64,000 bases of DNA from Mobula hypostoma (taxonomy: Eukaryota). Each line of letters begins with the position of its first letter. Position 1 is the first letter of the stretch. The stretch lies in NCBI RefSeq assembly GCF_963921235.1, contig NC_086108.1, forward strand, positions 97,776,001-97,840,000, read 5' to 3'. Below, in pieces: positions 35,320-48,689 of the stretch. The notes under the pieces were generated by a model that made no database searches, was not told where the DNA came from, and worked only from the letters and a program-made list of their open reading frames with translations. The position numbers were made by a program, and so were the translations under genes.

Positions 35320-37129
35320 AGTATTGGATGGAGTTTTTATATATTAAGAACTTCTGTATTAACCCTGAGTACGGGTTAGAATCAAATGCTTTTTGGTGGG
35401 CAATATAATAACATGAAAGATTTCTGCTTTTCCACCGGGCTTGCTTTAGAATTACAGAATCTATTATCAGTTGTTCTTTACATCTCTTCATACCCTTATG
35501 GCATCCTTTCTCCTCTTCTCTAAGTATACTGTGGTTATCTAAGTGAGTGGTGATTAGTTGCAAGATGTTACAATTTTATACTGAGTTAGTAAACAGGTAA
35601 TAGGACCCTGTTTTAATGGGTCTTTTGTGATTGCTCCTTTTGATAAGAGATATATTTTACCTTCCATCAAAAATTCAGGCACTTTTCCAGGATTTTTAAG
35701 AAAATTATTGATAGGTACAGAAGAAAGCAAGTAAATTTTTGTACCAATAGTTATGAATATTATCACTGCCAGTACTTTTCCAGTTGTGGGAATTTTTTAT
35801 AACCCCTTTCAGCATCCATTGTAAGTTCAGGTATTGCTTGTCTTCAATTGTGTGAGTGTATTCTTTTCTCACCCTAATCTAGCTTGCTACTTGCTGCGTC
35901 GCAATGTTTGACCAGCTATTCGACCAAAAGTTCATTATTTCTGCATTTGTTGGTAATTCTGTGCTATGGTTGGTAACATTTTGGTGCATCAAATTTAGTT
36001 TCAATGTCCTGTATAAACCTTTCTCATTGTTCCTGAACTGATAATTCTGTTTCCTTTGTTGGATGCATTTCACATTTCTATTTAGTCTGGCTTTGAGTGC
36101 ACCAAGCTTTCGTAGTGTATCTGTGAACTCTACAATGCTTTTGTTAGGTTTATTGTATCTTGTATGGACCTTATATTTCCTTTGTATTTCCTTAGCTTTT
36201 TTTAACTTTCTTGCACAGGTTATCCATTTTATACTCTATTAGACAGGCTAGTAAGGTTTCAATTTTGTTTCTTAATCTCTTCTGCCATTTTGGTGTTCTC
36301 ATTATTCAGTTTTGAGTTTCTATTAATGAGTGCCTCTATCTTGGAGCCATTGCACTGGGCTGCTGTTTATGGTGAACAGTATGTTATTCTGTGTAGTTCT
36401 TCAAATGTTTCAAGTTTTCCTAATATTGATAATTGTTGCAAATTTTGATGACATATTTTGTTTTGGTATGTAGGGTCTTTTTTTGGATCAGTGCTCACAT
36501 ATTCTGTTAGTGTGATGTTAAATGTTGGGATAATTTTGTCTGTAAGCTCAGCTTCGTCATCAGCATTCTGCAGAGGCTCTGCATCTGTGTTGTTGCTATT
36601 ACCATCAGATTGTGAGCAGTTGTTGAAGTAATTCTATTTTTATCAGCACTTTGGGGGTTGGCATCTTCATTATTTTCTTGGATAATGTTGCTGTGGTCTT
36701 TAGGTTGGTTTCATTCTAGATTTTGTGCAACTTCATGTTTTATTTGGTTTAACATGTCTGTTGGGATTAAGTTATTTTTTGTTATCACTCTATGTTGATC
36801 TGCTATTCGTTCTGCATTTACTTGCATGAAGGGATGTAGTGCTATAAGCTGTTGATGAAGATTGCCCTGTATGCTGTCATGTCAGTCTTAAGTTCCGTAA
36901 CTCAATAGTATACACGCATTATGAATGTGTTTACTTCTAATAACCATTTCATGCGTGTCTTTCTTCTCTTAACTGCTTGAGTGATCTCAGTTGTAAGCGG
37001 ACAGCTCCCCTGAGAAACATCTGCAACAGTGGCAGCCTGTGGTGTTGGTGGGCTACTTTGAATACTGGCTGTACTGTATCCTTTTCGGGTTTCCCGGTGC
37101 CTGCCTGCCTACTCAGCAGAGCACCGCTA

Positions 37130-37615
37130 GCGGTTTGCTAACTTTTATTTATTTTTCCTGCTTTTTGTACTTGCACAGTTTGTCTTTTGCACACTGGTTG
37201 TCCGCACTGTTGGTGCGCTCTTTCATTGATCCGATTATAAGACCACAAGACCATAAGACAAAGGAGCAGAAGTCAGCCATTCGGCCCATCGAGTCTGCTC
37301 CGCCATTTTATCATGAGCTGATCCATTCTCCCAATTTAGTCCCACTCCCCTGCCTTCTCACCATAACCCTTGATGCCCTGGCTACTCAGATACCTATCAA
37401 TCTCTGCCTTTAATGCACCCAATGACTTGGCCTCTACTGCTACCCGTGGCAACCAAATTCCACAGATTCACCACCCTCTGGCTAAAAAAAAATTTCTTTG
37501 CATTTCTGTTCTGATTATGTTCATTGGATTTATTGAGTACGCCAACAAGAAAATTATTCTCGAGGTTGTATATGGTGGCATATATGTACCTTGATAATAA
37601 ATGTACTTTTGAACT
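37130..37615. mobile_element. LINE 3' UTR (+) with nested CR1 3' end (-, about 37236-37510)
   Basis: (accataag)n CR1 tail; aataaatgtacttt tail. Confidence 0.7.
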
Positions 37616-38549
37616 TGTTTTGAATTTTAATACACTCTTTCTAAAATTTCCATATCCTTCCTGTCAGTTCATCCTTCATCCCTATTGACTCCAGTTTTTC
37701 GGAAACATTGATCTGATCTCACAAATGACTTAACATCTGTTCTTGGCTGTGAAGCTGCCATATACAAATTAGATGGCGGCAAATGCTGAAACAATCTCAC
37801 ATCCTGACGTAATACTCTTCTTGTCATTTGGCAAGGCTCTTGGTTATCTCTGAGCATGAGAAAACAAATCCCCTGAAAATCCATGTTACTGGGATCTAAC
37901 AGATCCCAATGGCTGGAGGTGAAAGGTGACAGTCTTGTCAGGAAATGATGCAGCCTAACGCAGTGTATGTTAGAATGCTGTCTCTTGTCTAGGTTAGTCT
38001 ATTTACAACCACATGCGGAGTGCCTTACATTTAATGTAATCATTAGCCTCTTTGGCCCTATCTTCGATTTGAAAATATCGTTTATTTCTTCTGCTGCTTC
38101 TCTCTTCAGATCAGATGAAGTGACCTAATCTTCCCACGTCTCTGGGTGGATGTGAAAGTGGGCATTAAAAAAGAAGCTGAATTAATAGAAATGAGGCTGC
38201 AAGTGAGCTGGGTGACAAGTAAGGAATTGGCAATTTATTTTAATCCCTCACAGATCATGCAACCTGTAAGCAGGAATGAAGTGCTATTCAGTTTAAGAGA
38301 GTAGACTGGACAATATGCCAGAGTTAATAGAATAGCTGATCTAATATTACTAGCAGTCATAGAAAAGATCCAAGGCATAATGAGCTACACGATGCAGAGC
38401 TGCACTAATTGACTTCGACAAATTTCCATTGAATGCAAGTAATGATGGAAGAATAAGAGTTCAGTTTAACTCTGTGGAAAGCAGTTTGTTTATACGCCTG
38501 TCTCCCAAGCTAATTAATTCTTAAAGCAGTTTAAACCCTATCGGTCCGT

Positions 38550-39130
38550 GGTAGTATTAGTCATAGTGTGGTATCCTGCGGGGCTGTCTATTTGTGGCTC
38601 TTCAGGTGCTTGTAGAGGCCGATCTGCGATCTACATATTCTGGTGCATTAGGACAAGAGTAAGTGGTGACTGTAGTTAGTGGCTGGGTCTTTAGTTTGTT
38701 CAGTCTCTCCTTTCACCGCGACCATTTGTTCTCTGCGGTACAGCAGAGGTCGTTCTCATGTAGCGCAGATCCCTCTTGAACAGATTTCCTCCAGGTGTAC
38801 CTATTGAGTGCGATGTCTTCCCAGCTTTCAGATGTAATGTTGAATTTCTTCAGGCTGATTTTGATGTTATCTTTGAACACTTACTCTGCCCACCAGGGGC
38901 TCGGTGACCTTCCTTCAACTGGGCGTAAAGGATCTGTTTAGCGAGACGTGAATTAGGCATCTGGATGACATCACCTATCTATCGGAGTCGGTGTTGCTTC
39001 ATCATGGTGGAGAAGCAGTTCATGTTGGCCTCCTCCTGTACCCTGGTGTTAGTGCATCCGTCCTTCCAGCTGACGTACAAATTGATGTGTGTCAAAGGAA
39101 GCATCTACGGTAAACTCTTGCGTGACAACA
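38550..39130 (-). mobile_element. RTE-clade LINE 3' fragment
   Basis: Reverse translation GDVIQMPNSRLAKQILYAQLKEGHRAPGGQ at about 38885-38980, typical of the RTE ORF C-terminus. Confidence 0.75.
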
Positions 39131-39182
39131 ATTTGCAGGGCTATAGAGAGAGCAAGGGAATGGGTTTCTGAAAGTGATGAAC

Positions 39183-39243
39183 CTGATGAAGGGTCTCGAC
39201 CCCAAAACATCAACAGATTGCTGCCTGACCTGCTGAGTTCCTC
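39183..39243 (+). mobile_element. Penelope pLTR fragment with decayed hammerhead
   Basis: CTGATGAagggtctcgaccccAAAAcatc...gctgcctgacctgctgagttcctc. Confidence 0.65.
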
Positions 39244-39698
39244 ATGAATCATCACCTCATTCTGTGTCCTGCGGTCTTATTTAAGGTAGCTGAATAATAG
39301 AATTGGCAAAAGGTAAAGGCAAATAATTCCTCCTGTGCCTTGTTTGACATACCGGCTGTCAACCTTGCCACTTCTTTAACATTTGTCTGTTTTATGAGGC
39401 CAAGTTGCTAGCTTGGCGCTCAACCCAGCTCCGAAGACGGAAAGCTTGCAAGGAGCCGGCTGGATCCGAACCCAGGACCTCTTGTTCCAAAGTCCAGTTG
39501 TGCACACCACTGCACCACCAGCACAGACATAATGAAACTGGAGAAACTTAAAATTAACTAAATGCACTAAAGGACACACTATTCTCCTGGGATATTCTAT
39601 GCACTGGTATTAGTCTAGAACAGAGAGAATAGATGGCAGTACCAACTACTTACTGTTGGGAAAAGTACTTTTCAGAAACCAATCACACAGGTGGAATG

Positions 39699-39775
39699 CT
39701 GCCTGGCCTGCTGCGTTCACCAGCAACTTTGATGTGTGTTGCTTGAATTTCCAGCATCTGCAGAATTCCTGTTGT
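39699..39775 (+). mobile_element. short Penelope pLTR insertion
   Basis: Near-identical to 22500-22576; flanked by tggaatg at 39692-39698 and 39776-39782. Confidence 0.8.
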
Positions 39776-41089
39776 TGGAATGTACTGGTATTGATTTTGT
39801 GATTTGAAAGAAAAGTAGACCTATGCTAATTTCCATGGGATCCATATAGTCCATCTAGGATTTCTCATTCAATCAGGAATAGTACTTTATGGTTTGCTGC
39901 AAAATTATAAATACTAACTTAGTGTCTAGTTGGTTTCATTATTTTCATTACCCGAGAATGACCATTAAGAGAAAATGTCAGCATCATGTATCAAGAATCA
40001 ATTGTGCTATGAAGTGGAGGTGGTACATGGAGACCTTCTAGCATTAAGCAAAGGATCTCTGCCCTTAGCAGACAGAATAAATTGAATGAGCTGCAATTTC
40101 TTCATCCCTGCTGGGACTTTAAAAGCTAGGAATGTTCTGGTAATGGCACTATGAAGCCAGCTCACTGCATCTCCCTTTGTTAAATAACAACGTTAAGAAT
40201 TGCTAAATACAAGAGATTCTGCAGATGGTGGAAATCCAGAGCAACCCACACAAAAAGCTGTACTGTCATTCAGAAGGTCAGGCAACATCTATGGAGAGGA
40301 ACAAACAGTCTACGTTACAGGCCAAGGTGCTTCAGCATGACTGGCAGGGTTCCCTGTTGAAGATCCTGCAAGAAAATGGTAAAGGAAATTTAACCATTAG
40401 CATTCCTACCAAATCTGTGAAATGGATCTACAGAGCTTGAGAAGAGCTGGAGAGCTGAGAAATTGGAAGTAACTACACAGTAGTGCAGAACAGGAGTTCA
40501 ATTAAAATGTGAATGTTTTGGAAAATCTACTTATTTTGCTGCATAATATAAGTTACCACAGGCCTATTATCCTTGTCTGGTGGAGGGACAGTCGACATGG
40601 GAGCTGTGTAGCCTCAGCTGTAGTGAGAACTAGGCCTCAAGCCTCGGGTTTGCCTGCTGCTGCAGACCAGGTGAGAGACGCGGAAGTGCCACAGTGTGGT
40701 TGAGATCGGCTGGGGCATGGCCCCGCCTGTCGGTGCAGCCCTCCTGTCTCCAAGCAGTGGAATGACAGGCTGGATTGCGTGCATCTGTATACTGCTGGGA
40801 AACTGTACCGTCGCTTTCCGGACATTGTTGCTCAGGGCCTTGGTCTATATATGTTGTTTTTAATCAAGTGAAGAATATGTTTCTTTGTTCGATATTTTGA
40901 ATTATGTTACTTGCTCTTTTTGAATCTTTGCTTTCAATTTTGAATGTTTTGCACCTTAGCCCTAGAAGAACATCTTGTTCAGCTGTATCTATCTATGGTT
41001 TGAATGATAATTAAACTTGATTTGATTTGTTTTAAACTGATCATTGCTGAACATTCCAGTAATTCCATCCTCTTACACTCGATTTAAAA

Positions 41090-41810
41090 CTTACAGCACG
41101 ATAGCGTAGTGGTTAGTGCAATTTTTTTACAGCACAAGCCTTCACTGACTGCAGTTCAATTCCCACTGCTCTCTGTAAGGAGTTTATACTTTCTACTCAT
41201 GACCAGTGGGTTTCCTCTTGGTACTGTGGTTTCCTCCCATATTCTAACTAGGTATTGTTAGGGTTATGATGAGTAAATTGTGAGTAATTCCATCCCTGGA
41301 CTCACTTTACACCGCACGCTGTCGGAGCAGTGCTGCCAGGATAATCAAGGACACAACCCACCCAGCCAACACACTTTTCGTCCCTCTTCCCTCTGGGAGA
41401 AGGCTCAGGAGCTTGAAGACTCGTACGGCCAGATTTGGGTACAGCTTCTTTCAAAACTGTGATAAGACTGCTGTACGGATCCTGACCCAGATCTGGGCCA
41501 TATCCTCCAAATATCCGGACCTGCCTCTCGGTTTTTTTGCACTACCTTACTTTCCATTTTTCTATTTTCTATTTATGATTTATAATTTAAATTTTTAATA
41601 TTTACTATCGATTTGTACTCCAGGGAGCACGAAGGACAGAATCAAATATCGCTGTGATGATTGTATGCTCTAGTATAAAGTATAAAGTAAAGAAATTAGT
41701 AGCGTGGTGAAACTTGTGAGCTGCACAGCACAATCCTTGCTGATTTCATTTGATGCAGATGATGCATTCCACTGCATGTTTCAATATACACATGAGAAGT
41801 AAAGCTCTTT
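41090..41810 (+). mobile_element. V-SINE-like SINE split by a Rex1-like LINE 3' end (about 41280-41690)
   Basis: SINE head/core at 41090-41270, Rex motif SLKTRTARFGYSFF, SINE tail resumes at about 41700. Confidence 0.7.
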
Positions 41811-42658
41811 AATGGAATCACTGTTGTCTGTTTAATCATACCCTGTAGCAAGATACTACTAGTTACCATAAGACTTCACAAAATCTGTAATCCAGATGAG
41901 CCATGTTAGAATGACCACCTTCCTCCACTTTCAAACAATAATTCATCTTCCTCCTACTTCCCCACCACTATTATCAAGAATTTAGAACAAACAGTGTGAA
42001 TGCAAGCTCTGGCCATTGAAAAATTTGATAACATTTATGATTGCAAGTGAATGACCATAGCTCTTCACTGCTGGGTACAGCAATGTGTTATGCTTGCTTC
42101 TTTCCATTCAACTAACACTTTAACAGAGTAATAGAGTCTGCTCTATTTAGCAATGAATGTTTTGTCATGTCGCAGTGTTTACAATTGCGGAACTAAAGTC
42201 CTAGGTATGGCTAATGTAATGTGTTGGGACCTTCTGGCACCCAGGTTAGAATCCAGGCAAAGAAATTGATTGAAGTCTCCTCTCTAATGGCTGCTAGGGG
42301 TCATAAATAAAGTGGATTTGATCAGTCTCAACACAACTCCCAGTGGGCACAGTTGTAAAGAAGAAAACTGCTCTCAAAATCAACACAATTGGAGTTTTAT
42401 TTGTTAAACTCGCTCAGGAAGGGCTCTAAGAGTATGCCTTTTGGGAAATAAACATATTACATAACTGTAATAGTTGCTTTGAGTTGGGCTTCAAAATGCT
42501 TGTCTCTCCCATCCCCCTTTGTGCTGGGAACTGCACTGGCATGTTAGCTGGGTAACTCAGCTTAAAAACCTTTTCCTTCACCTACTAATTAAAACTGACT
42601 CAAGAGGGGAAGCATATTTATAAAAAGACCTTTTTTCCACCGACTGACTTCTTAATCA

Positions 42659-42983
42659 GTTTTTTCCCCTTTTCTTTAACCTTTTATTAGCTATGTTGCT
42701 GGCATGTAAATGCTGAAAATTAGACATCTCCGATGATCTATATTCACTGGTCCTATAGCTTCCAGACGCCATGAATGGCAGACTTCAGTGTGACCACTGA
42801 GGTAGTGTTGTAGGCCCTGGCTCCTGTGGCCACAGTCTTCATGCAGGATCTGCAAAGCCATGTTCCAATGGCTCTCTGCCTCAACTTGGTCTTCCCACGG
42901 AAGAAGCAAGTGTACTTGGCGTGTTGGCTGATCTCGATTTTTTTCACCATTTTTCCAAGCAAAGCTTTGTATCGGGTGTCATA
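42659..42983 (-). pseudogene. rpl37a: processed pseudogene of 60S ribosomal protein L37a (eL43)
   Basis: [70 protein letters not shown] matches RPL37A; intronless, 5' truncated, 3' frameshift, TGA at 42744-42746, AATAAA at 42683-42688, A-rich tail. Confidence 0.92.
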
Positions 42984-43350
42984 GGCACAGTATGACCTGT
43001 GGTTTGTTTGCTTGACTTTCCAGTTGTTAACCCACTTTGGAAAACCAGCTCATTTCCTAACGTTAAACATGAATTCTCTGAGTTCTTTTTCGCTCTTGAT
43101 AACATGGGATTAACTGTGCTTCTGCTTAGCTCATGAATATTAATTATCAATGGAATTCACCAATGGAAAGACAGAATCACATTGGCATTATATATTTAAA
43201 ATATTTTTTAAAAGTATAAATTGAGTGAATTGTACATCTCTGAATCATTGGATTGAATCCTTAGAGCACAGATGGATGTCTTTTGGCCCATCAAACTTAT
43301 GTCAGATGTAGCATCCTATTCCCTTGGTCTTTCCATAGCCCTGCAGATTT

Positions 43351-43505
43351 CAGCTGTGGTTCAGTGGAAGGGAGTTCGGCTCTGACTCACAAGGTGAAAG
43401 GTTCAAGACCCGGTGATACCAGCTGTGGCACAGTGGAAGGTAATTCGGCTCTGATTCACAAAGTAGTAGGTACACAACCCACTCCAGAGTACTTCACACA
43501 AGATT
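43351..43505 (+). mobile_element. tandem duplicated tRNA-derived SINE head (SacSINE1/Deu-SINE-like)
   Basis: cagctgtgg..cagtggaagg..ttcggctctga.tcacaa occurs twice about 69 bp apart; second copy runs into cccactccagag. Confidence 0.55.
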
Positions 43506-43619
43506 AAGGGGTACTGATGCAGGGTTTCCACTGCAAACCTCAATAATGCCTCTCCCCCACTCCCCCCCACCACAGATGGTGCTCATCCTGAAGCAACATG
43601 GAATTCAGCAAGATCAAGA

Positions 43620-45325
43620 ATGGAAGGTTGGACAAGAAGGTTCAATACTTGGCATTCAAGATGAGGTAATAAATTGGATTAAACATTGGTTTCGTGGAAA
43701 AAGCCAGAGAGTACTAATAAATCCTTGCCTCTCTGACTAAAGGCCTGTGACTAGTGGAGTGTTGCAAGGATCGGTGCTGGGTCCATTGTTATTTGTCATC
43801 TGTACCAATGAACTGGATCAGCAAATTTGCAGGTGATACCAAGATTGGGGGTGTAGTGGACAGTAAGGAAGACTAACAAAGCTCGCAGTGAGATCTGGAA
43901 TAGCTGGTAAAAGGGGCTGAGAAATGGAAAACGGAATTTAATGCAGACAAGTGTGAGATGTTGCACTTTGGGAAGACCAGCCAGGTTAGGACTCACACAG
44001 TGAACAGTAGCTCACTGAGGAGTGTGGCAGGATCTGGGAATACAGATCCATAATTTCTTGAAAGTGATATCGTAGGTAGATAAGGTCATTAGTACTTTGG
44101 CTTTCATAAATCAATGTATTGAGCACTGGGGATGTGATGTTATGTTGAAATTGTATAAGATGTTGGTGAGGCCTAATTTAGATTATGAAGACACACAGTC
44201 CTCTTTTATTGTCATTCAGTAATGCATGCATTAAGAAATGATACAATATTTCCTCCAGTGTGATATCACAAAACACAGGACAGACCAAGACTGAAAAAAC
44301 TAACAAAACCACATAATAATAACATATAGTTACAACAGTGCAACAACACCATAACTTGATGAAGAAGTCCATGAGCACAGTAAAAAGTTCAAAGTCTCTC
44401 AAATATCCCACATCTCACGCAGATGGGAGACGGAAGAAAAACTCTCCCTGCTATGCCTGACCACAGTCCAACTCTGAGTCATCCGAAAAACTTCGAGCCT
44501 CTGATCAGCTCTCCAATACTGAGTACTGAGCGCCATCTCTATCCGAACGATTCGACCTCAATCTCGGTCGCCAACAGCAGGCAAAGCCGGGGATTTTGAG
44601 GTCTTCCCTCCAGAAGATTCCTGATCGTGCAGTAACAACAGCAGCGAACTGGCATTTCAGAAATTTCTCCAGATGTTCCTCTGTGCTCTCACGTCTGTCT
44701 CCATCAAATCAGAATTGTCCACAGCCCCTATTTAACGGATACGATATCATTTTTCACCGGAGGGCTGCACACGCGGCGTGCTGCTCTCTCTCCTCCCGCC
44801 ATTTGGGGTATTGTGTGCAGTTTCGGTCACCTACCTACAAGGAAGATTGCAGAGAAAATTTACAAGGATGTTGCCGGGACTGAAGAACCTGAGTTATAGG
44901 AAAAAGTTGAAAAGGTTAGGACTTCATTGCCTAGAAAGTAGAAGACTGAGGGGAGATTTGATAGAAGTATACAAAATTATAAGGTGTATAGATAAGATAA
45001 ATGCAAGCAGGCTTTTTCCCACTGAGGTTGGGTGAAACTAGAACTAGAGGTCATGAGTTAAAGGTGAAAGGTGAAAAGTTTAAGGGGAACATGAGGGGAA
45101 ACCTCTTCACTCAGAGGGTGGTGAGAGTGTGGAACGAGCTGCCAGTGCAAGTAGTGAATGCAGGTGTAATTTCAACATTTAAGAGAAATTTGGATAGGTA
45201 GATGAATGGGAGAAGTATGGAGGGCTATAGTTCTGGTCAGGGTCAATGGCACTTGGCAGATTAATGGTTTGGTACAGACTAGTTGGGCCAAATGACATGG
45301 TTCTTGCTGTAGTGTTCTATGACTG
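43620..45325 (+). mobile_element. CR1 LINE 3' part with a nested element (minus, about 44178-44800)
   Basis: RT region homologous to 32290-33420; KFTRMLPGLKNLSY..RLRGDLIEVYK; FTQRVVRVWNELP. Confidence 0.88.
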
Positions 45326-46224
45326 TACAACATATAGACTGCAACATAATCACTGTCCTGCCATATTCAGTCCTCGTGGAATATTATGACTGGATGGTTT
45401 TTGGCCTATAATTAATCTCTCACAAAAGATAAAATCTAACAACCTTTTACCAATAAGCAGAGAAACACATCAGGAAGATATCAATGACCATTTCAATAGT
45501 TGGCCCTTTGCTGAAAATTCCAGTTGTTGCCGAAGCCTACAATTCTTAATCTCTGCAAAGAATTTGTTATCAATTTCTCTTGGGGATTTTAAATATTACT
45601 CTCTCGGTCTCCCATTGGCCTAAATTTCTCATCAGGCTCATCTGGAATGCATGTTTCAGAATCAGGATCAGCTTTACTGTCACTGACATTAGTCATTAAA
45701 TTTGTTGTTCTGTGGCAGCAGTACAGTACAGGCGTAACAAATTACTGCACATTACAATTTTTTAAATAGTGCAAAGGAGGAATAGTGAGGTGCTATTCAT
45801 GGATTCATTTTCCATTCAGATTTACAAAGGGGAAGAAGTTGTTCATAAAACGTTGAGTGTGTATCTTCAGTGTCCTGTACCTCCTCCCTGATGAAGAGGG
45901 CTTGTCTGATTTATTCTAACTGATCTTCTTTCTATTTTCCTTAAGGAAGCAAAACTCACAAGATGTTTCATGGGCTCTATGCTCTACCACACATAAAACA
46001 CAAGTTCATCCCTATCTCTATATGCATCTGAACAATTGTAATCAATGATATGTGTAGGTTACATATAATTATTGAAGTTTCACACTCATGACCACAATAT
46101 ATATGTAGTTTCTGCAAAGTAAATTGTTATTGTAAATATTGGTTTGTCCTCCATAAGATCTGCAGTTCTGTCCTTGAACCTTCATAGTTCTCCATCTCTC
46201 CATATTCTTTTTTAATTCTCCTTA

Positions 46225-46600
46225 AGAGGGGAGATCTTATAGAGGTATTCAAAATTACAATGGGGTATAGATAGTGTGAATGCGTGCAAGCTTCTTAACC
46301 CCCTCCGGTTGAGACCAGAACTAGAGGGCGTAGGTTTAGGGTGAAAGATGAAATATTAGGGGAACCTGAGGGGAACCTTCCTCACTCGGAGGGTGGTCAA
46401 ATGTGGAACGAGCGGCCAGCGGAAATGGTAGGCATGGGTTCAATTGAAACACTTAAGAGAAATTTGGATAGGTGCATGGATGGGAGAGGTTTGGAGGGAT
46501 ATGGTCTGGGTGTAGGTAAATGGGATGAGGCAGAAGATCATATAGGCATGGACTAGTCAGTCCACAGGACCTGTTTCAATGCAGTGGTACTCCACAACTC
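46225..46600 (+). mobile_element. CR1 3' end
   Basis: WNERPAEMV..LKRNLDRCMDG. Confidence 0.8.
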
Positions 46601-47264
46601 TTTGACCCTAAGCTTTGACCAAGTCTTTGGCTAACTGCCCTAACATTCAGTGTTACGTTTAATTGCTCAGCGCTCATGTGGAGCCACTGAGGACACTATG
46701 TTGTGCTAAAATTTGTCATAAAAAATGCAAGGTATTACTATTACTTCTGATAAAAAAATAACATAGTTCCAAAATGAAAAATGGGTATTTTCTTAGTAAA
46801 TCCTTCCAAGATTGCAACAAGAGCTGCAATAAAGTACTCCCTATGCACTCATAGCTTCATGGCCTGATTATAATCCAGGGGTTTACAACCTTTTTTATGC
46901 CATTAAATGAGGAATCCATGGACCCCAGGTTGGGGATAAATTTGTAGATGGTACCGCTGTAGTGGACGGCATCTCAGGAAACGATGAGTCAACATATAGG
47001 AAGGAGACGCAGAACCTAGCGGCATGGTGTCATGACAACAACCTTTCCCTCAATGTCAACAAAAGAGCTGGTCAGTGACATCAGAAAAGGGGGAGGTGTT
47101 CATGCATCGGTCTACATCAGTGTTAAGATAGAGATGGTTGAGAGCTTCAAGTTCCATCACCAATAACCTGAGTTTGTAAATCTGAGTTATTTGTCATATA
47201 ATCCTTAAAATATATGCATGTTCAGCCCAATGAGTCAAAGTCATAGTAGAATTTATTGTCAATG

Positions 47265-47812
47265 TATGTACTGCCTGTATAAAGTGGCCACTGAATGTAT
47301 GTTTGTGGTCTTCTGCTGCTGTAGCCCAGCTACTATAAGGTTTGATGTGCTGAGCATTCAGAGATGCTCTGCTGGGCACCACAATTGTAACCCATGGTTA
47401 TTTGTGTTACTGTCGCCTTGCTGTCAGCTTGAACCAGTCTGGCCATTTTCCTTTGACCTCTCTCATTAACAAGGTGCATTTACCCACAGAATTGCCACTC
47501 ACTGAATTTTTTTAATGATTTTTCGCACCATTCTCTTTAAACTCTAGAGATTGTTGTGTGCGAAAGTCCTAGGAGATCAGCAGTTTCTGAGATACTCAAA
47601 CCACCCCATCTGGCACCAACAATCATTTCACGGTTAAAGTCACTTAGATCACATTTCTTCCCCATTCTGATGTTTGATCTAAACAACAACTGAACCTTCT
47701 GGCCATGTCTGCATGCTTTTATATATTGAGTTGCTGCCACATGACTGGCTGATTGGATATTTCCATTAACGAGGAGGTGCACAGGTGTATCAAATAAAGT
47801 AGCCACTGAGTA
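47265..47812 (-). mobile_element. Tc1-like non-autonomous DNA transposon
   Basis: MGKKCDLSDFNREMIVGAR..SISETADLLGLSHTTISRV (Tc1 HTH); TIR aataaagtagccactgagt. Confidence 0.85.
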
Positions 47813-48311
47813 CGTGTACGTTCAACCCTTTGAGTCAAGGTCAAAGTCAGGGTAAAATTGGTTATCAATGCATGTATAGTGTATATATATTACTGTATGC
47901 TACCTTGAGATTCAATTTCTTGCAGGAATTTACAGGAAAGTAAAAATACAAGAAGTATACATGACAAGCAAACAATATGCAAAAGAACACAAATATTGCA
48001 AATAAAAATGTGAAATAATACTGAGAATATGGGTTGTAAAGAGTCCTTGAAAGTGAGCCTATAGGTTGTGGGATCAGTTATCCACACTGGTTCAAAAGCC
48101 TGATGGTTGAAGGGTAATAACTGTTCCTGAACCTGCTGGTGTAGGACCTAAGGCTCCTGTATCACCTACCCAATGGTAATCGCAAGAAGGGAGCATGACC
48201 TACACTGGCCATCAACCACCTATTTACACTAATCCTACTTTAATCCCATTTGTATTCTCCCCATATCCCCACACACAATGGGTAATTGATAAGGACACAA
48301 GAGAGATGCTA

Positions 48312-48312
<1 letters not shown>

Positions 48313-48369
<57 letters not shown>
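48313..48369 (+). repeat. (AC)n microsatellite
   Basis: Perfect run of about 28 units. Confidence 0.97.
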
Positions 48370-48373
<4 letters not shown>

Positions 48374-48689
48374 CCAACAAGGAATTCAGCAAGTCAGTCA
48401 TGGAAAAAAATGAACATTTCGGGGCAAAACCGTTCATCGGGACTGGTGATCAGTTAACAATTTACAGGGGCCAGTTAGCTGATGAACCTATACATCTTTG
48501 GGATGTGGGAGGAAATCAGAGCACCACGAAGAAGCACATAGTCGCAGGGAGAACACACAAACAACCTCAAAGTGTGGAGCTGAACTTGGGACTCTGGCAC
48601 TGTGAGACAGCAGATCTACCAGCTTTGCTACTGTACTACCCAAATGCTTGTCGACTAAGAAATTAGGGAATAATTATAAAGCCATCGTC

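Larger units (their letters stand above)
30190..37040 (-). mobile_element. near full-length but decayed R4/Dong-clade (RLE) non-LTR retrotransposon with nested insertions
   Basis: N-terminal RMKW..EVNTFIMRVYY (about 36910-36960); RT GKIYLLSK..DP..PITCL, EEKGC..CKEQLIID..QKAFDS; CCHC CRKCQEQANIIQHVTGFC (about 30570-30625); endonuclease-like DITLQDKQAKTTYLIDMAIPN..KHQKYAELKEEIERLW (about 30200-30375). Confidence 0.8.
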
